Source: an uncultured delta proteobacterium (lineage in GTDB: Bacteria > Myxococcota_A > Polyangia > Polyangiales > Polyangiaceae). Taken from it: a DNA stretch of 64,000 nt. The translations under genes and the position numbers were made by a program. The notes below the pieces were generated by a model. That model saw only the letters and a program-made list of their open reading frames with translations. It ran no database searches and was not told the DNA's origin. Where the stretch lies: contig CAVQUB010000010.1 of assembly GCA_963716725.1 (NCBI GenBank), positions 32,001 through 96,000 on the forward strand. The letters run 5' to 3'. Positions 37,797 to 46,725 of the stretch are shown piece by piece; positions within the stretch are counted from its first letter, which is position 1, and every line of letters begins with the position of its first letter.

Positions 37797-38132
37797 CTAC
37801 TCGTACGCGTCGACGGTCAGCAGATCGATGAGGCCGCGGATCGCCGCCGACGAAGGCTCGAAGCACAGGCCGAGCTCGCTCACGCCATCTCGCTCGTGAG
37901 CCCAGGCCACGCGCGCGGGCACCTCGAGGGGGTCCCAACGGTTCGGGCTTTCGACGGACAAGCGGACCGAGGCGCCCGTGGGGACGTCCGCGTCCGTTTC
38001 GAGGCGCGCGCCTCCGAGCGAGAGATCGACGATGCGCGCCGGGCGCCGCCACAGTCCGTCGGAGCCGCCCAGCGACCCCACCAGCCGGGTCGAGTGGCGC
38101 CCGAGGCCGCGAAAATGCCCGCGTCCGCTCAT
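37797..38132 (-). CDS. PilZ-domain protein
   Basis: RxxxR (FRGLGR), DLSLGGARL, ARVAW and LGLCF. Confidence 0.8.
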   Translation of the reverse strand: MSGRGHFRGLGRHSTRLVGSLGGSDGLWRRPARIVDLSLGGARLETDADVPTGASVRLSVESPNRWDPLEVPARVAWAHERDGVSELGLCFEPSSAAIRGLIDLLTVDAYE

Positions 38133-38291
38133 GTTCCGGCCCAAACCTATCATGCCGGCGGCGCGCTGGCCGGTAGTGATGGACTTGGGGTCGCCGCGCC
38201 GGTGGGGGTAGGATAGCGTTCCAAACGCCGGTTCCTGATCGGCACCCAAGCGCCCCGAGAAGCGGTGCGTCAGAGTACGGAAGAGAGATTC

Positions 38292-39749
38292 ATGTCCCAG
38301 GACACGCGAAAAGACCCGCGCGCAAAGGTGCTCACGATGACGGTCCGCTACAAGAGCGCGACCCTGGACGAGTTCATCGAGCATCACTCCCACGACGTGA
38401 GTCGGGGCGGGATGTTCATCAAGACCCCGTCGCCTTTCCCCCCGGGGACTCTGCTCAAGTTCGAGGTGAAGATCGCCGAGGACAAGAAGGTCATGCAGGG
38501 CGTGGGCCGGGTGGTGTGGAAGCGCGAGTCCACCGATTCCAGCTCTGACAATCCCTCCGGGATGGGCGTGAAGTTCATCAAGATCGACGACGATTCGACC
38601 AAGGTCATCGACACCCTGGTGAAGGGACGCGGGGAAGGGGGCGCTGCCTTCGAGGCCGGGGAAGCCGAGACGCCCGCCCCCGCCGGCGCGCCCAAGCCCG
38701 CCGCCGCTCCCTCGGCTGCGCCCGCGGCGAAGCCCGTCATCACCAAGGCGCCCACCGCGGCTCCCAAGGAATCCACGCCTGCTCCCGCGGTCACGACCGC
38801 GGGCCCGAAGCCTGCCGAGGGACCCAAGCGCAAGTCGACCATGATCGGCCTCGGCGCCGTCGGCGCGTCGGCGACGCCTCCGAAGCCCTCGGAGCCGGCG
38901 CCGGCTGCCAAAGAGGACTCGTCATTCTTCCCCAAGACGGAGTCCGAGAAGGACATGCCGCCGCCGGAAGATCGCACGGTGATGAAGCAAGCCGCTGAGT
39001 TGCTCAAGGACGCACTGCGCGAAGCGGGTGGATCGATGGACGAGGTCGGCGAGGCGCCGGCCGCCGAGGAGCCCGAGAAACCGCCCGAGAAGTCCAAGAG
39101 CGACCCGCCGCCCGCGAAGGCGAAGAGCGATCCGGCCCCGACAGGCAAGAAGGGCGAGTCTGCCGCTGCGGCGGTAGCCGCGGAGACCAAGAAGGCATCG
39201 GCCAAGCCCGAACCTGCGCGCGCGTCGGAACCCCGAGTCGAGAAGAAGGAAAGCGTTCGACCCGCGGCGGTTGCGCGCGCCGTGCCGTCCGTCGCACCAG
39301 CAGCTCAGGCGAGCGGCGGCGGTGCCGCAAAGGCCATCGGCCTGTTGGTCGCCGTTGGCGTGATCGCTGGCGCGGTGTTCATGTTCACCCGCGAGAAGCC
39401 TGCGGAGACCCCGCCGCCTCCGCCGGAACCAACTGTCGCGACCACGCCGGCCGTGACCGCGGAACCCACCCCGACACCAGTCGAAACGGCGCCCGCGGCG
39501 CCGACGGTGAGCGCGCCGCCCGAGGCCTCGGCCGCACCCCAGGCGACGAGCGCGGCGCCCCCTCCCAAGCCGCCGCCTGTGGCCGTGCCCAAGCCGCCAC
39601 CCGTCGTGGCCGTGCCCGTGCCCAAGCCTCCCAAGCCTCCGCCCGTGGTCGTGGCTCCGACACCACCCGTGCCGAAGCCGCCCCCGGTGGTGCCCACTCC
39701 CCCGACGCCGAAGCCGCCGCCGGTGAACACCAGCGACAACCCATACTGA
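38292..39749 (+). CDS. TIGR02266-like PilZ protein with TM helix and Pro-rich tail
   Basis: RKDPR, DVSRGGMFIKT, GRVVWKR and GMGVKF, then a TM helix and Pro-rich C-terminus. Confidence 0.85.
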   Translation: MSQDTRKDPRAKVLTMTVRYKSATLDEFIEHHSHDVSRGGMFIKTPSPFPPGTLLKFEVKIAEDKKVMQGVGRVVWKRESTDSSSDNPSGMGVKFIKIDDDSTKVIDTLVKGRGEGGAAFEAGEAETPAPAGAPKPAAAPSAAPAAKPVITKAPTAAPKESTPAPAVTTAGPKPAEGPKRKSTMIGLGAVGASATPPKPSEPAPAAKEDSSFFPKTESEKDMPPPEDRTVMKQAAELLKDALREAGGSMDEVGEAPAAEEPEKPPEKSKSDPPPAKAKSDPAPTGKKGESAAAAVAAETKKASAKPEPARASEPRVEKKESVRPAAVARAVPSVAPAAQASGGGAAKAIGLLVAVGVIAGAVFMFTREKPAETPPPPPEPTVATTPAVTAEPTPTPVETAPAAPTVSAPPEASAAPQATSAAPPPKPPPVAVPKPPPVVAVPVPKPPKPPPVVVAPTPPVPKPPPVVPTPPTPKPPPVNTSDNPY

Positions 39750-39828
39750 CCATGTCCGGACCACTCACCGGATCGGCATCGATCGACTGAGCGGTCGCTC
39801 GATCGACGCCGGCCCACCCTCGTCTCGC

Positions 39829-42000
39829 ATGTCGCCCCCGACGACTCCAGGCTCCGACGTTGCCGGGAGCGGCAAGGTTGCCGACGAGCGGGTTGGGTCG
39901 GTCCTCTCCGATCGTTATCGGCTCGACTCGCTCCTCGGCGAGGGCGGCATGGGCAAGGTCTACGCCGCCGAGCACGTGCTGATGCGCAAGAAGCTGGCGG
40001 TGAAGATCCTGCACCGCGAGCTGACGGCGGTGCCCGAGGTCGTCGCGCGCTTCGAACGCGAGGCCATGGCCGCGGCGAACATCGACCATCCCAACGTCGC
40101 CGCAGCGACGGACTTCGGCAAGCTCGCCGACGGCTCTGTGTTCTTGGTGCTCGAGTTCGTGCGGGGGAGAAACCTCCGCGACGAGATCGCCAAGGGCCCG
40201 ATGGTCATCGAGCGAGCGCTGGCCATCGTGCGTCAGATTGCCGCGGGCCTGGCTGCGGCCCATTCGCTCGACATCGTGCACCGGGACCTCAAGCCCGAGA
40301 ACGTGATGCTGATCGAGAAGGGCTCGGATCCCGACTTCGCGAAGGTCCTCGACTTCGGCATCGCCAAGGTCCCCATCGGTGAGAAGAGCGCGGACGGGAC
40401 CGTGGGCAAACCGATCACCAAGGTGGGCATGGTGTTTGGCACGCCGGAATACATGGCCCCCGAGCAAGCACTGGGTCAGAGCGTGGACGCGCGCGCCGAC
40501 GTGTACGCGCTTGGCGTGATGCTCTTCGAAATGCTGGCCGGCGTGCGCCCCTTCAGCAGCAAGAGCCCAGTGGGGATCTTGGGCCAGCAGCTCTCGAAGA
40601 ACGCGCCGAGCGTGGCGGAGCGCGCGCCGGGGTTGTTTGTTCCGCCCGCGGTCGAGCATCTCGTGCAGCACATGCTCGCGCGCGAGTCGTCGGAGCGGGT
40701 CCAAACCGCCAGCGAGGTGGTGGCTGCCATCGACGCGCTGCTCGGCCCTGCACCCGCCGGCGGCGCGCGTCTGTTCACCATGGCGGTGGGCTCGCCGCCG
40801 TCGTCGCCGATGAACCCGCGGGTCCAGACCATCCCCGACCTCGACGAGCCCGTGCCGGTCTTGGTCCCGCCGGATGTGATGCGCAACATGGCATCGTCGC
40901 CGGCGCTGTCCCTGGGGTCGTCGCCGGAGGTAGCGCTCGTCGCTCCCCCAGAGTCGTTCCGCGGGCCGGTCTCCGTTCCCGACGCCCTCGAAGCGGATCT
41001 CGACGCGCCGTCCCACCCGTCGCTCAGCATTCCGGGCCTCACCGGAGTCGGCAAGAAGGACGCGTTCCGAGCCGCCCTCGACGACATTGCATTCAAGGCC
41101 AAGCGTGGGCTGTCGAACACCCTCGATTGGATCGACGCGCAGCGTCCGCGCTTGCCGCCGTCGGTGCGAGAGCCGCTCGCTCAAGTGCCAGCATCGGCCT
41201 TGTTCGCCGCGGGCCTGGTACTGCTCGCGCTGGCCGTGCTGATCCCGGTGTTGACCGTGGGAGCTGTGGTCGGAGGACGGAGCGGTGCGGCGACGTCCGT
41301 GAGCGCGCCTGCCACGGGCTCCGCTCCCGGCCCGTCTGGCGCCGCCGCTCAGCCGACCGAGCCAAACCTGCTCGCGAACGAAGATGACCTCGCGTCGGCC
41401 AGGAAGGCGGGAGTGCCCGCCCTCGCGGAGCTCCTGGCGAAGCACCCGAAGGATGCGCGCATCTTGATCGCGGCGGCCAAGCTGGAAATCGCGGCCAAAA
41501 AGCACGCGGACGCGGTCGCGACCCTCGGCAAGGCGCTGGTGATCGATCCCAGCATCAACGAGAGCCCGGAGCTTGCCAGCGCGCTGTGGACCACGGCGCA
41601 AGCCAAGGACTCGACGGCCGCGAGCTTCGAGTTACTCGAAGGTCCGATGGGCGCTCGGGGCGCAGACATGATCCACGATCTGGCGACGGACAAACGGGTT
41701 CGACGCGAGGTGCGCGAGCGCGCGGACACCTGGCTCGGATCCGGGCAGTTCCAGCGTCAATCGGATCCCAAGCTCAATGTGCTGGTCGCGCTCGAGCGGG
41801 CCACGACCTGCAAGCAGCGTTACGCGCTGTTGGCCCGGGCCAAGAGCCAAGGGGACGAACGCGCCCTGGCCTTGCTCCAGAGCTACCAAAAGCAGAGCGG
41901 CTGCGGCAAGAAGGGCACCGACGACTGCAACCCGTGCATGCGTTCGGACGACCGTCTCGCCGAGGCAACGGCGGCCATCCGCGAGCGAACCAAGAAGTAG
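39829..42000 (+). CDS. Membrane Ser/Thr protein kinase
   Basis: LGEGGMGKVY, AVKIL, HRDLKPEN, DFGIAK, GTPEYMAPEQ, then TM and helical extracytoplasmic domain. Confidence 0.93.
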   Translation: MSPPTTPGSDVAGSGKVADERVGSVLSDRYRLDSLLGEGGMGKVYAAEHVLMRKKLAVKILHRELTAVPEVVARFEREAMAAANIDHPNVAAATDFGKLADGSVFLVLEFVRGRNLRDEIAKGPMVIERALAIVRQIAAGLAAAHSLDIVHRDLKPENVMLIEKGSDPDFAKVLDFGIAKVPIGEKSADGTVGKPITKVGMVFGTPEYMAPEQALGQSVDARADVYALGVMLFEMLAGVRPFSSKSPVGILGQQLSKNAPSVAERAPGLFVPPAVEHLVQHMLARESSERVQTASEVVAAIDALLGPAPAGGARLFTMAVGSPPSSPMNPRVQTIPDLDEPVPVLVPPDVMRNMASSPALSLGSSPEVALVAPPESFRGPVSVPDALEADLDAPSHPSLSIPGLTGVGKKDAFRAALDDIAFKAKRGLSNTLDWIDAQRPRLPPSVREPLAQVPASALFAAGLVLLALAVLIPVLTVGAVVGGRSGAATSVSAPATGSAPGPSGAAAQPTEPNLLANEDDLASARKAGVPALAELLAKHPKDARILIAAAKLEIAAKKHADAVATLGKALVIDPSINESPELASALWTTAQAKDSTAASFELLEGPMGARGADMIHDLATDKRVRREVRERADTWLGSGQFQRQSDPKLNVLVALERATTCKQRYALLARAKSQGDERALALLQSYQKQSGCGKKGTDDCNPCMRSDDRLAEATAAIRERTKK

Positions 42001-42001
42001 G

Positions 42002-44035
42002 TCACGGCGCCGGCTGGCGTCCGAGCTTGGCGTCCTCGAGGGCGCGATCGATGACCTTCTCGAAGGCACGCAGCGATTGCGCCCCGCTCAGGCTGTACCC
42101 GTTCACGATGAACGAAGGCGTCCCGCTGACGCCCGCGGATTTCGCCGCCGCCTCGTCCGCGGCGATCACGGGCTCGTGCACGTCAGCCTCGAGCGCCGCG
42201 CGAAACTTCAGCATGTCGAGCCCGAGCTTCTTCGCGTGGGACTCGAGGGAGGACCGGTCGAGGCTCGACTGGTTGGCGAAGAGCAGATCGTGCATCTTCC
42301 AGAAGCCACCGTCGCCCTTCTGAGCATGCGCTTCCATTGCGGCCTGGGCAGCGAGACGCGCATCGCCGTGGAAGGACAGCGGCATGTTGCGCCACACGAT
42401 GCGAACGCGGCCGGCGTACTTCTTCTCGACCTGCGCCAAGGTCGGCAGCACGCGCGAGCAGAAGGGGCACTGGAAGTCCGAGAACACCTGGACAGTGACC
42501 GGAGCCTTGGTCGGGCCTTTGCTCGGGTTGTCCTTGCCGAAGCCCGGCGTCGAGGCCGCGACCGGGAGCGGCTTGCCCGATGCCCCGTGCTTGATCAGCT
42601 CTGCGTACACACCGGCAGCCGGCGTTCCGGCGGAGACCGTGGCCTCGGCTGCCCTGAGCTCGGCGTCGATGAGCGCCTGGAACTTTTCGATGGGCTGGGC
42701 GCCCGAGAGCTTCCGGCCGTTGATGTAGTAGGCGGGCGTTCCCGTGGCGCTCACGTCTTGTGCCAGGTCCATATCGGCTTCAATCGCCGCCTTGTGCGTC
42801 TGCTTGGATAGCGCGGCCTTCACCCGGGCGACGTTGAGCTTCATGGTTGCCGCGAGGGCCACGAGATCCTCGTCGGCCAGCCGGGGGGCAGCGTCAAAGA
42901 GCAACTGGGCCGCCTCCCAGAACCCTTTGTCGCCGCGTTGGGCGCGCGCTTCCGTGGCGAACAGCGCCGCCGGCATGGCGCGATGGTGAAAGGGAAGGGG
43001 CTGGTGCTTGAAGACGACGCGGATCTTGCCGGGATAGCGGCGCAGGAGTTCTTGCACCGTCTTGTGCCCCTTCTTGCAGAAAGGACACTCGAAGTCCGAG
43101 AACTCGACCACGGTCACCAGGGCGTTGGCCGGTCCCGTGCTCGGTGACTTGCCGACGGGCACCTTCCAGACCGTCGTGTCGGGAGGCGGAGGAGCCACCG
43201 GCCCGTCGTCGTCGTCTTCATCGGGAGCGGGGACGCGCAGATTCTCGGCCACGCGTGCCGGATACACCGCGCTAGGGATGGTGCCTGCGCTCCGGAGCTT
43301 CTGTGCGGCGCCGAGCTCATCGTCGACGAGAGACTTGAACGCCTCGTAGGGCTGCGCGCCGATCAGGCGCGAGCCGTTGACTAGAAATGCGGGCGTGCCG
43401 CGCAGCCCGACCCGTTGGGCCAGGGCCATGTCGGCCTCGAGTTTGGCTTGGAGATCTCTGGACCCCACCTTCCGGATCAGCGCGCCTCGGTCCACGCCGA
43501 CCTGGGCGGCCCACGCGAGCAGGTTGGCGTCGGAGAGCTGGGACTGCCCCTGGAAGACGAGCTCCACATAGGCGAAGAACGCGGAGGCGCCGGCCAGCTC
43601 GTAGACGGCTTGGGCCGCCAGAGCCGCGGGTACGGCGTCCTGGTGAAATGGCAGCGGGTTGTGCTTGAAGACCACCCGCAGCTTGCTGGGGCCGTACTCG
43701 CGCATCAGCTGAGTGACGCGGGGATGGGCCCGGGAACAGAACGGACACTGGAAGTCCGTGAAGACCATGATCGTGACCGGCGCGTCGCCATTGCCCCACA
43801 CCGCGTCGCGCCCGGTCACGGGGACTTCGGTGCTGGAGGCGCCGGCATGTGTGGAGCTACTCCACGCCACATCGCCCGGGGCCGCGCTGTCGTTCGTCGT
43901 CGTTCGAGCCAGGTCGACGTCCGTCGACTTGGGCGTGTTCGCGCCGCGAGGGGAGCCGGAGCCCCCCCCACACGCGACGCCGAGCAGCGTCAATACGACG
44001 GCGAAGAAGATCTTCGCTGCTCGGCGCTTCGTCAC
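42002..44035 (-). CDS. Lipoprotein with three DsbA/thioredoxin domains
   Basis: Lipobox GVAC. Three DF(Q/E)CPFC motifs, each followed by GTP...NG...GAQ. Confidence 0.9.
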   Translation of the reverse strand: MTKRRAAKIFFAVVLTLLGVACGGGSGSPRGANTPKSTDVDLARTTTNDSAAPGDVAWSSSTHAGASSTEVPVTGRDAVWGNGDAPVTIMVFTDFQCPFCSRAHPRVTQLMREYGPSKLRVVFKHNPLPFHQDAVPAALAAQAVYELAGASAFFAYVELVFQGQSQLSDANLLAWAAQVGVDRGALIRKVGSRDLQAKLEADMALAQRVGLRGTPAFLVNGSRLIGAQPYEAFKSLVDDELGAAQKLRSAGTIPSAVYPARVAENLRVPAPDEDDDDGPVAPPPPDTTVWKVPVGKSPSTGPANALVTVVEFSDFECPFCKKGHKTVQELLRRYPGKIRVVFKHQPLPFHHRAMPAALFATEARAQRGDKGFWEAAQLLFDAAPRLADEDLVALAATMKLNVARVKAALSKQTHKAAIEADMDLAQDVSATGTPAYYINGRKLSGAQPIEKFQALIDAELRAAEATVSAGTPAAGVYAELIKHGASGKPLPVAASTPGFGKDNPSKGPTKAPVTVQVFSDFQCPFCSRVLPTLAQVEKKYAGRVRIVWRNMPLSFHGDARLAAQAAMEAHAQKGDGGFWKMHDLLFANQSSLDRSSLESHAKKLGLDMLKFRAALEADVHEPVIAADEAAAKSAGVSGTPSFIVNGYSLSGAQSLRAFEKVIDRALEDAKLGRQPAP

Positions 44036-46002
44036 TTCACTTCCTTCATCGCGCGGTTGATCACCTTCTTGAAGGCGCTGATCGGTTGCGCACCGCTGAT
44101 GTAGTAACCGTTGATGACGAACGACGGGGTGCCGCTCACTCCCGCCTTGTTGGCGACCTCGGCGTCCTTCTCGACGCGCGCCTTGTGCTTGCCGCTGTCC
44201 ATGGCCGCTTTGAACTTCGCCATGTCGAGGCCAAGCTCCTCGGCGATCTTGTCGAGGCCCGGGCGCTTCAGGCCATCCGGCGAGCCGGAGGCTTCGAAGA
44301 GCTTGCCGTGGAACTTCCAGAATCCAGCGTTGCCCTTTTGAGCATAGGCCTCGCGCGCGGCCTGAGCGGCGCCGGGGGCTTCCTGGTGGAAGGGCAGCGG
44401 CAGGTCACGCCACACGATCTTCACCTTGTTGCCGTACTCCTTCTCGATCTCCGTGACCGTCGGCTCGACTCGCTTGCAGAAGGGGCACTGGTAGTCGCTC
44501 CAGAACTGGATCACGACCTTGGCGTCCTTGCCGCCTTTGTAGGCGTTGTCGGCCTCGGGCGGCGGGACTTCCTTCTTCTCGGGTGGCGGGGGCTCCTTGC
44601 CCTCCTTCATGATCTCTTCGTAGATCTTCGCCTTGGGAGTGCCCTTGGCGACGAGCGCCTTGGCCTTCTCGAGCTCGACGTCGATGACCTTCTTGAAGCT
44701 CTCGAAGGGCTGAGCGCCGCTCAGCTTGCGGCCGTTGATGAAGAATGCCGGAGTGCCGCGGGCGTCGAGATCGCCGGCCTGCTCCATGTTGGCGTCGATC
44801 TTCGCCGCGTACTTCTTGGCGTCGATGTCCTTCTTGATGGTGTCCCACGACAGACCGAGCTTCTCGGCGACGGCCTTGAGATCGTCGTCCTCGAGCTTCG
44901 GCGCGCTCTCGAAGAGCGCGTGGTGGGCGTCCCAGAAGCCCTTGTCGCCCTTCGCCTTGTAGTTCGCGATGCCGACGTAAGCGGCCGGGATGGCCCGGGG
45001 GTGGAAGGGCAGCGCGTTGTCCTTCCAGACCACGCGGACGTCGCCCTTGTAGGCGTCGACGACCTGCTTCATCGTGTCTTCGACGCGCTTGCAGAAGGGG
45101 CACTGGTAGTCGGACCACTGCACGATGGTCACGAGCGCGTCCTTGGGCCCGAGCACCGGATCGTCCGAGGCGACGTTCACCTTGTAGACGGTGGTGTCCT
45201 CGGGCGGCGGCTGCGGGGGCTTCTGCGGCTCGGACGGCTTGCGATCGGCGGCGGCCTCGGGGCCTCCGGCGGCGTTCTTCTTGGTCAGCTCGACGTAGAC
45301 CTTGTCTTTGGGCGTGCCTGCGGCGACGAGCTTCTGCGCCTCCGCGAGCTGCGCGTCGATGACCTCTTTGAACTTCTCGAAGGGCTGCGCGCCCACGACC
45401 GCGACGCCATTGATGCGGAACGCCGGGGTGCCGGTCGCGCCGATCTTGGTCGCCATGGCCATGTCCTCGTCGACCTTGGCCGCGTACTTCTTGGAGGCTA
45501 CGGCCGCCTTGAACTTCGCCATGTCGACGCCGGCAGCCTGCGCCCACTTCTCGAAGTTCTCCGGGGTCAACGCCTGCGCGTTCGCGAACGCGCTGTCGTG
45601 GAACTTCCAGAACGCGTCATTGCCGGCGATGTCGTAGACGGCAGCGGCGGCTTCGTGGGCCGGGCGAGCCTTGTCGTGGAAGGGCAGCGGCTGGTGCTTC
45701 CAGACGATGCGGACCTTCTGCGGGCCGTAGGTGTCCTTGATCTGCTTCATCGTCGGCCCAACGCGGCTGCAGAAGGGGCATTGGAAGTCGCTGATCTCCA
45801 CGATGGTGACCGGCGCGTCCGCGTTGCCCCAGCTCGGGTCCTTGCTGGTGACGGGGATGGGCGAGGCACTGTGGTCGAGGGAGCCGGCTTCGGCGCCCTC
45901 CGCGCTGATCGCTGCGCCCTTGCTGCGATCGATGCCCCACATGAGGCCCATCCCTGCCAAGAAGCAGAGAAAGAAGCCTACGATTGCTGTTCCTTTGTTC
46001 AT
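44032..46002 (-). CDS. Exported protein with three DsbA/thioredoxin domains
   Basis: N-terminal hydrophobic anchor and three D(F/Y)QCPFC motifs. AGGAG RBS before ATG 46002. Confidence 0.92.
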   Translation of the reverse strand: MNKGTAIVGFFLCFLAGMGLMWGIDRSKGAAISAEGAEAGSLDHSASPIPVTSKDPSWGNADAPVTIVEISDFQCPFCSRVGPTMKQIKDTYGPQKVRIVWKHQPLPFHDKARPAHEAAAAVYDIAGNDAFWKFHDSAFANAQALTPENFEKWAQAAGVDMAKFKAAVASKKYAAKVDEDMAMATKIGATGTPAFRINGVAVVGAQPFEKFKEVIDAQLAEAQKLVAAGTPKDKVYVELTKKNAAGGPEAAADRKPSEPQKPPQPPPEDTTVYKVNVASDDPVLGPKDALVTIVQWSDYQCPFCKRVEDTMKQVVDAYKGDVRVVWKDNALPFHPRAIPAAYVGIANYKAKGDKGFWDAHHALFESAPKLEDDDLKAVAEKLGLSWDTIKKDIDAKKYAAKIDANMEQAGDLDARGTPAFFINGRKLSGAQPFESFKKVIDVELEKAKALVAKGTPKAKIYEEIMKEGKEPPPPEKKEVPPPEADNAYKGGKDAKVVIQFWSDYQCPFCKRVEPTVTEIEKEYGNKVKIVWRDLPLPFHQEAPGAAQAAREAYAQKGNAGFWKFHGKLFEASGSPDGLKRPGLDKIAEELGLDMAKFKAAMDSGKHKARVEKDAEVANKAGVSGTPSFVINGYYISGAQPISAFKKVINRAMKEVK

Positions 46003-46181
46003 TTCAATCTCCTGAAGATACTCAAATCCAGACCTAGACATTCAGCGCGCCCACGGGCCACCTCGGCAATGCCCGAGGCGACGCGCGGTGCGTGCTCGAC
46101 GACGGGGTGCCGGCTGGCGCCTGCACCCATCCTGATCGATGGCCCTGCGCCGAAGCGCGAGCACTCGTTGACCTGCGACGC

Positions 46182-46601
46182 TCAGGCCGAGCGAGGAGGG
46201 CGGAACACGTCGCTGCAGAAGCCGGGGCACGCAGCGGCGCGCTCCGCATCGCGTGGCGGCTCGGCGCGACCGCGGTCGCGCATGACCTTGAACTCTGCCA
46301 CCGGAGGCGCGCGTTCGACTCCGTCGAAGGGAGCGCTCTGCGGCTGCTCACGCTCCGGTGCCGGGGCGCGCCCGAGCTCGTAGCGCCCCTTGCCTTTGCA
46401 CGGTCTGCCAGTGCGCGCCTCGCCGTCGTGGGACGGGAAGAGCGGGAAGGGAGCGGCGATGCTCTGCGCGTGCTCGTCGCACATCGGGGCGGTTGCGGCG
46501 CTGGCGGCGCTGGTCGCGAGTAACACCACCAACGCCGCGAGCGCGGCGATGCTTCGCGCCGTGGCGCGAGAGCTGAGGCGGACGAGGTGGCGACCGGGCA
46601 T
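46182..46601 (-). CDS. Hypothetical secreted protein
   Basis: Signal-peptide-like N-terminus and C-terminal FRPPR. Same orientation as the DsbA genes. Confidence 0.5.
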   Translation of the reverse strand: MPGRHLVRLSSRATARSIAALAALVVLLATSAASAATAPMCDEHAQSIAAPFPLFPSHDGEARTGRPCKGKGRYELGRAPAPEREQPQSAPFDGVERAPPVAEFKVMRDRGRAEPPRDAERAAACPGFCSDVFRPPRSA

Positions 46602-46725
46602 CGAGACTGGCGGAGTCTACTCCGAGCTTCCCCGCTCTCAACCAGGCACGAATGCACGATGTTCCGGCTCAGGTGCCCCGTGTCGTTTAGTTGGCCACCT
46701 ACGCCTACATTGGCACCATGCGCTC

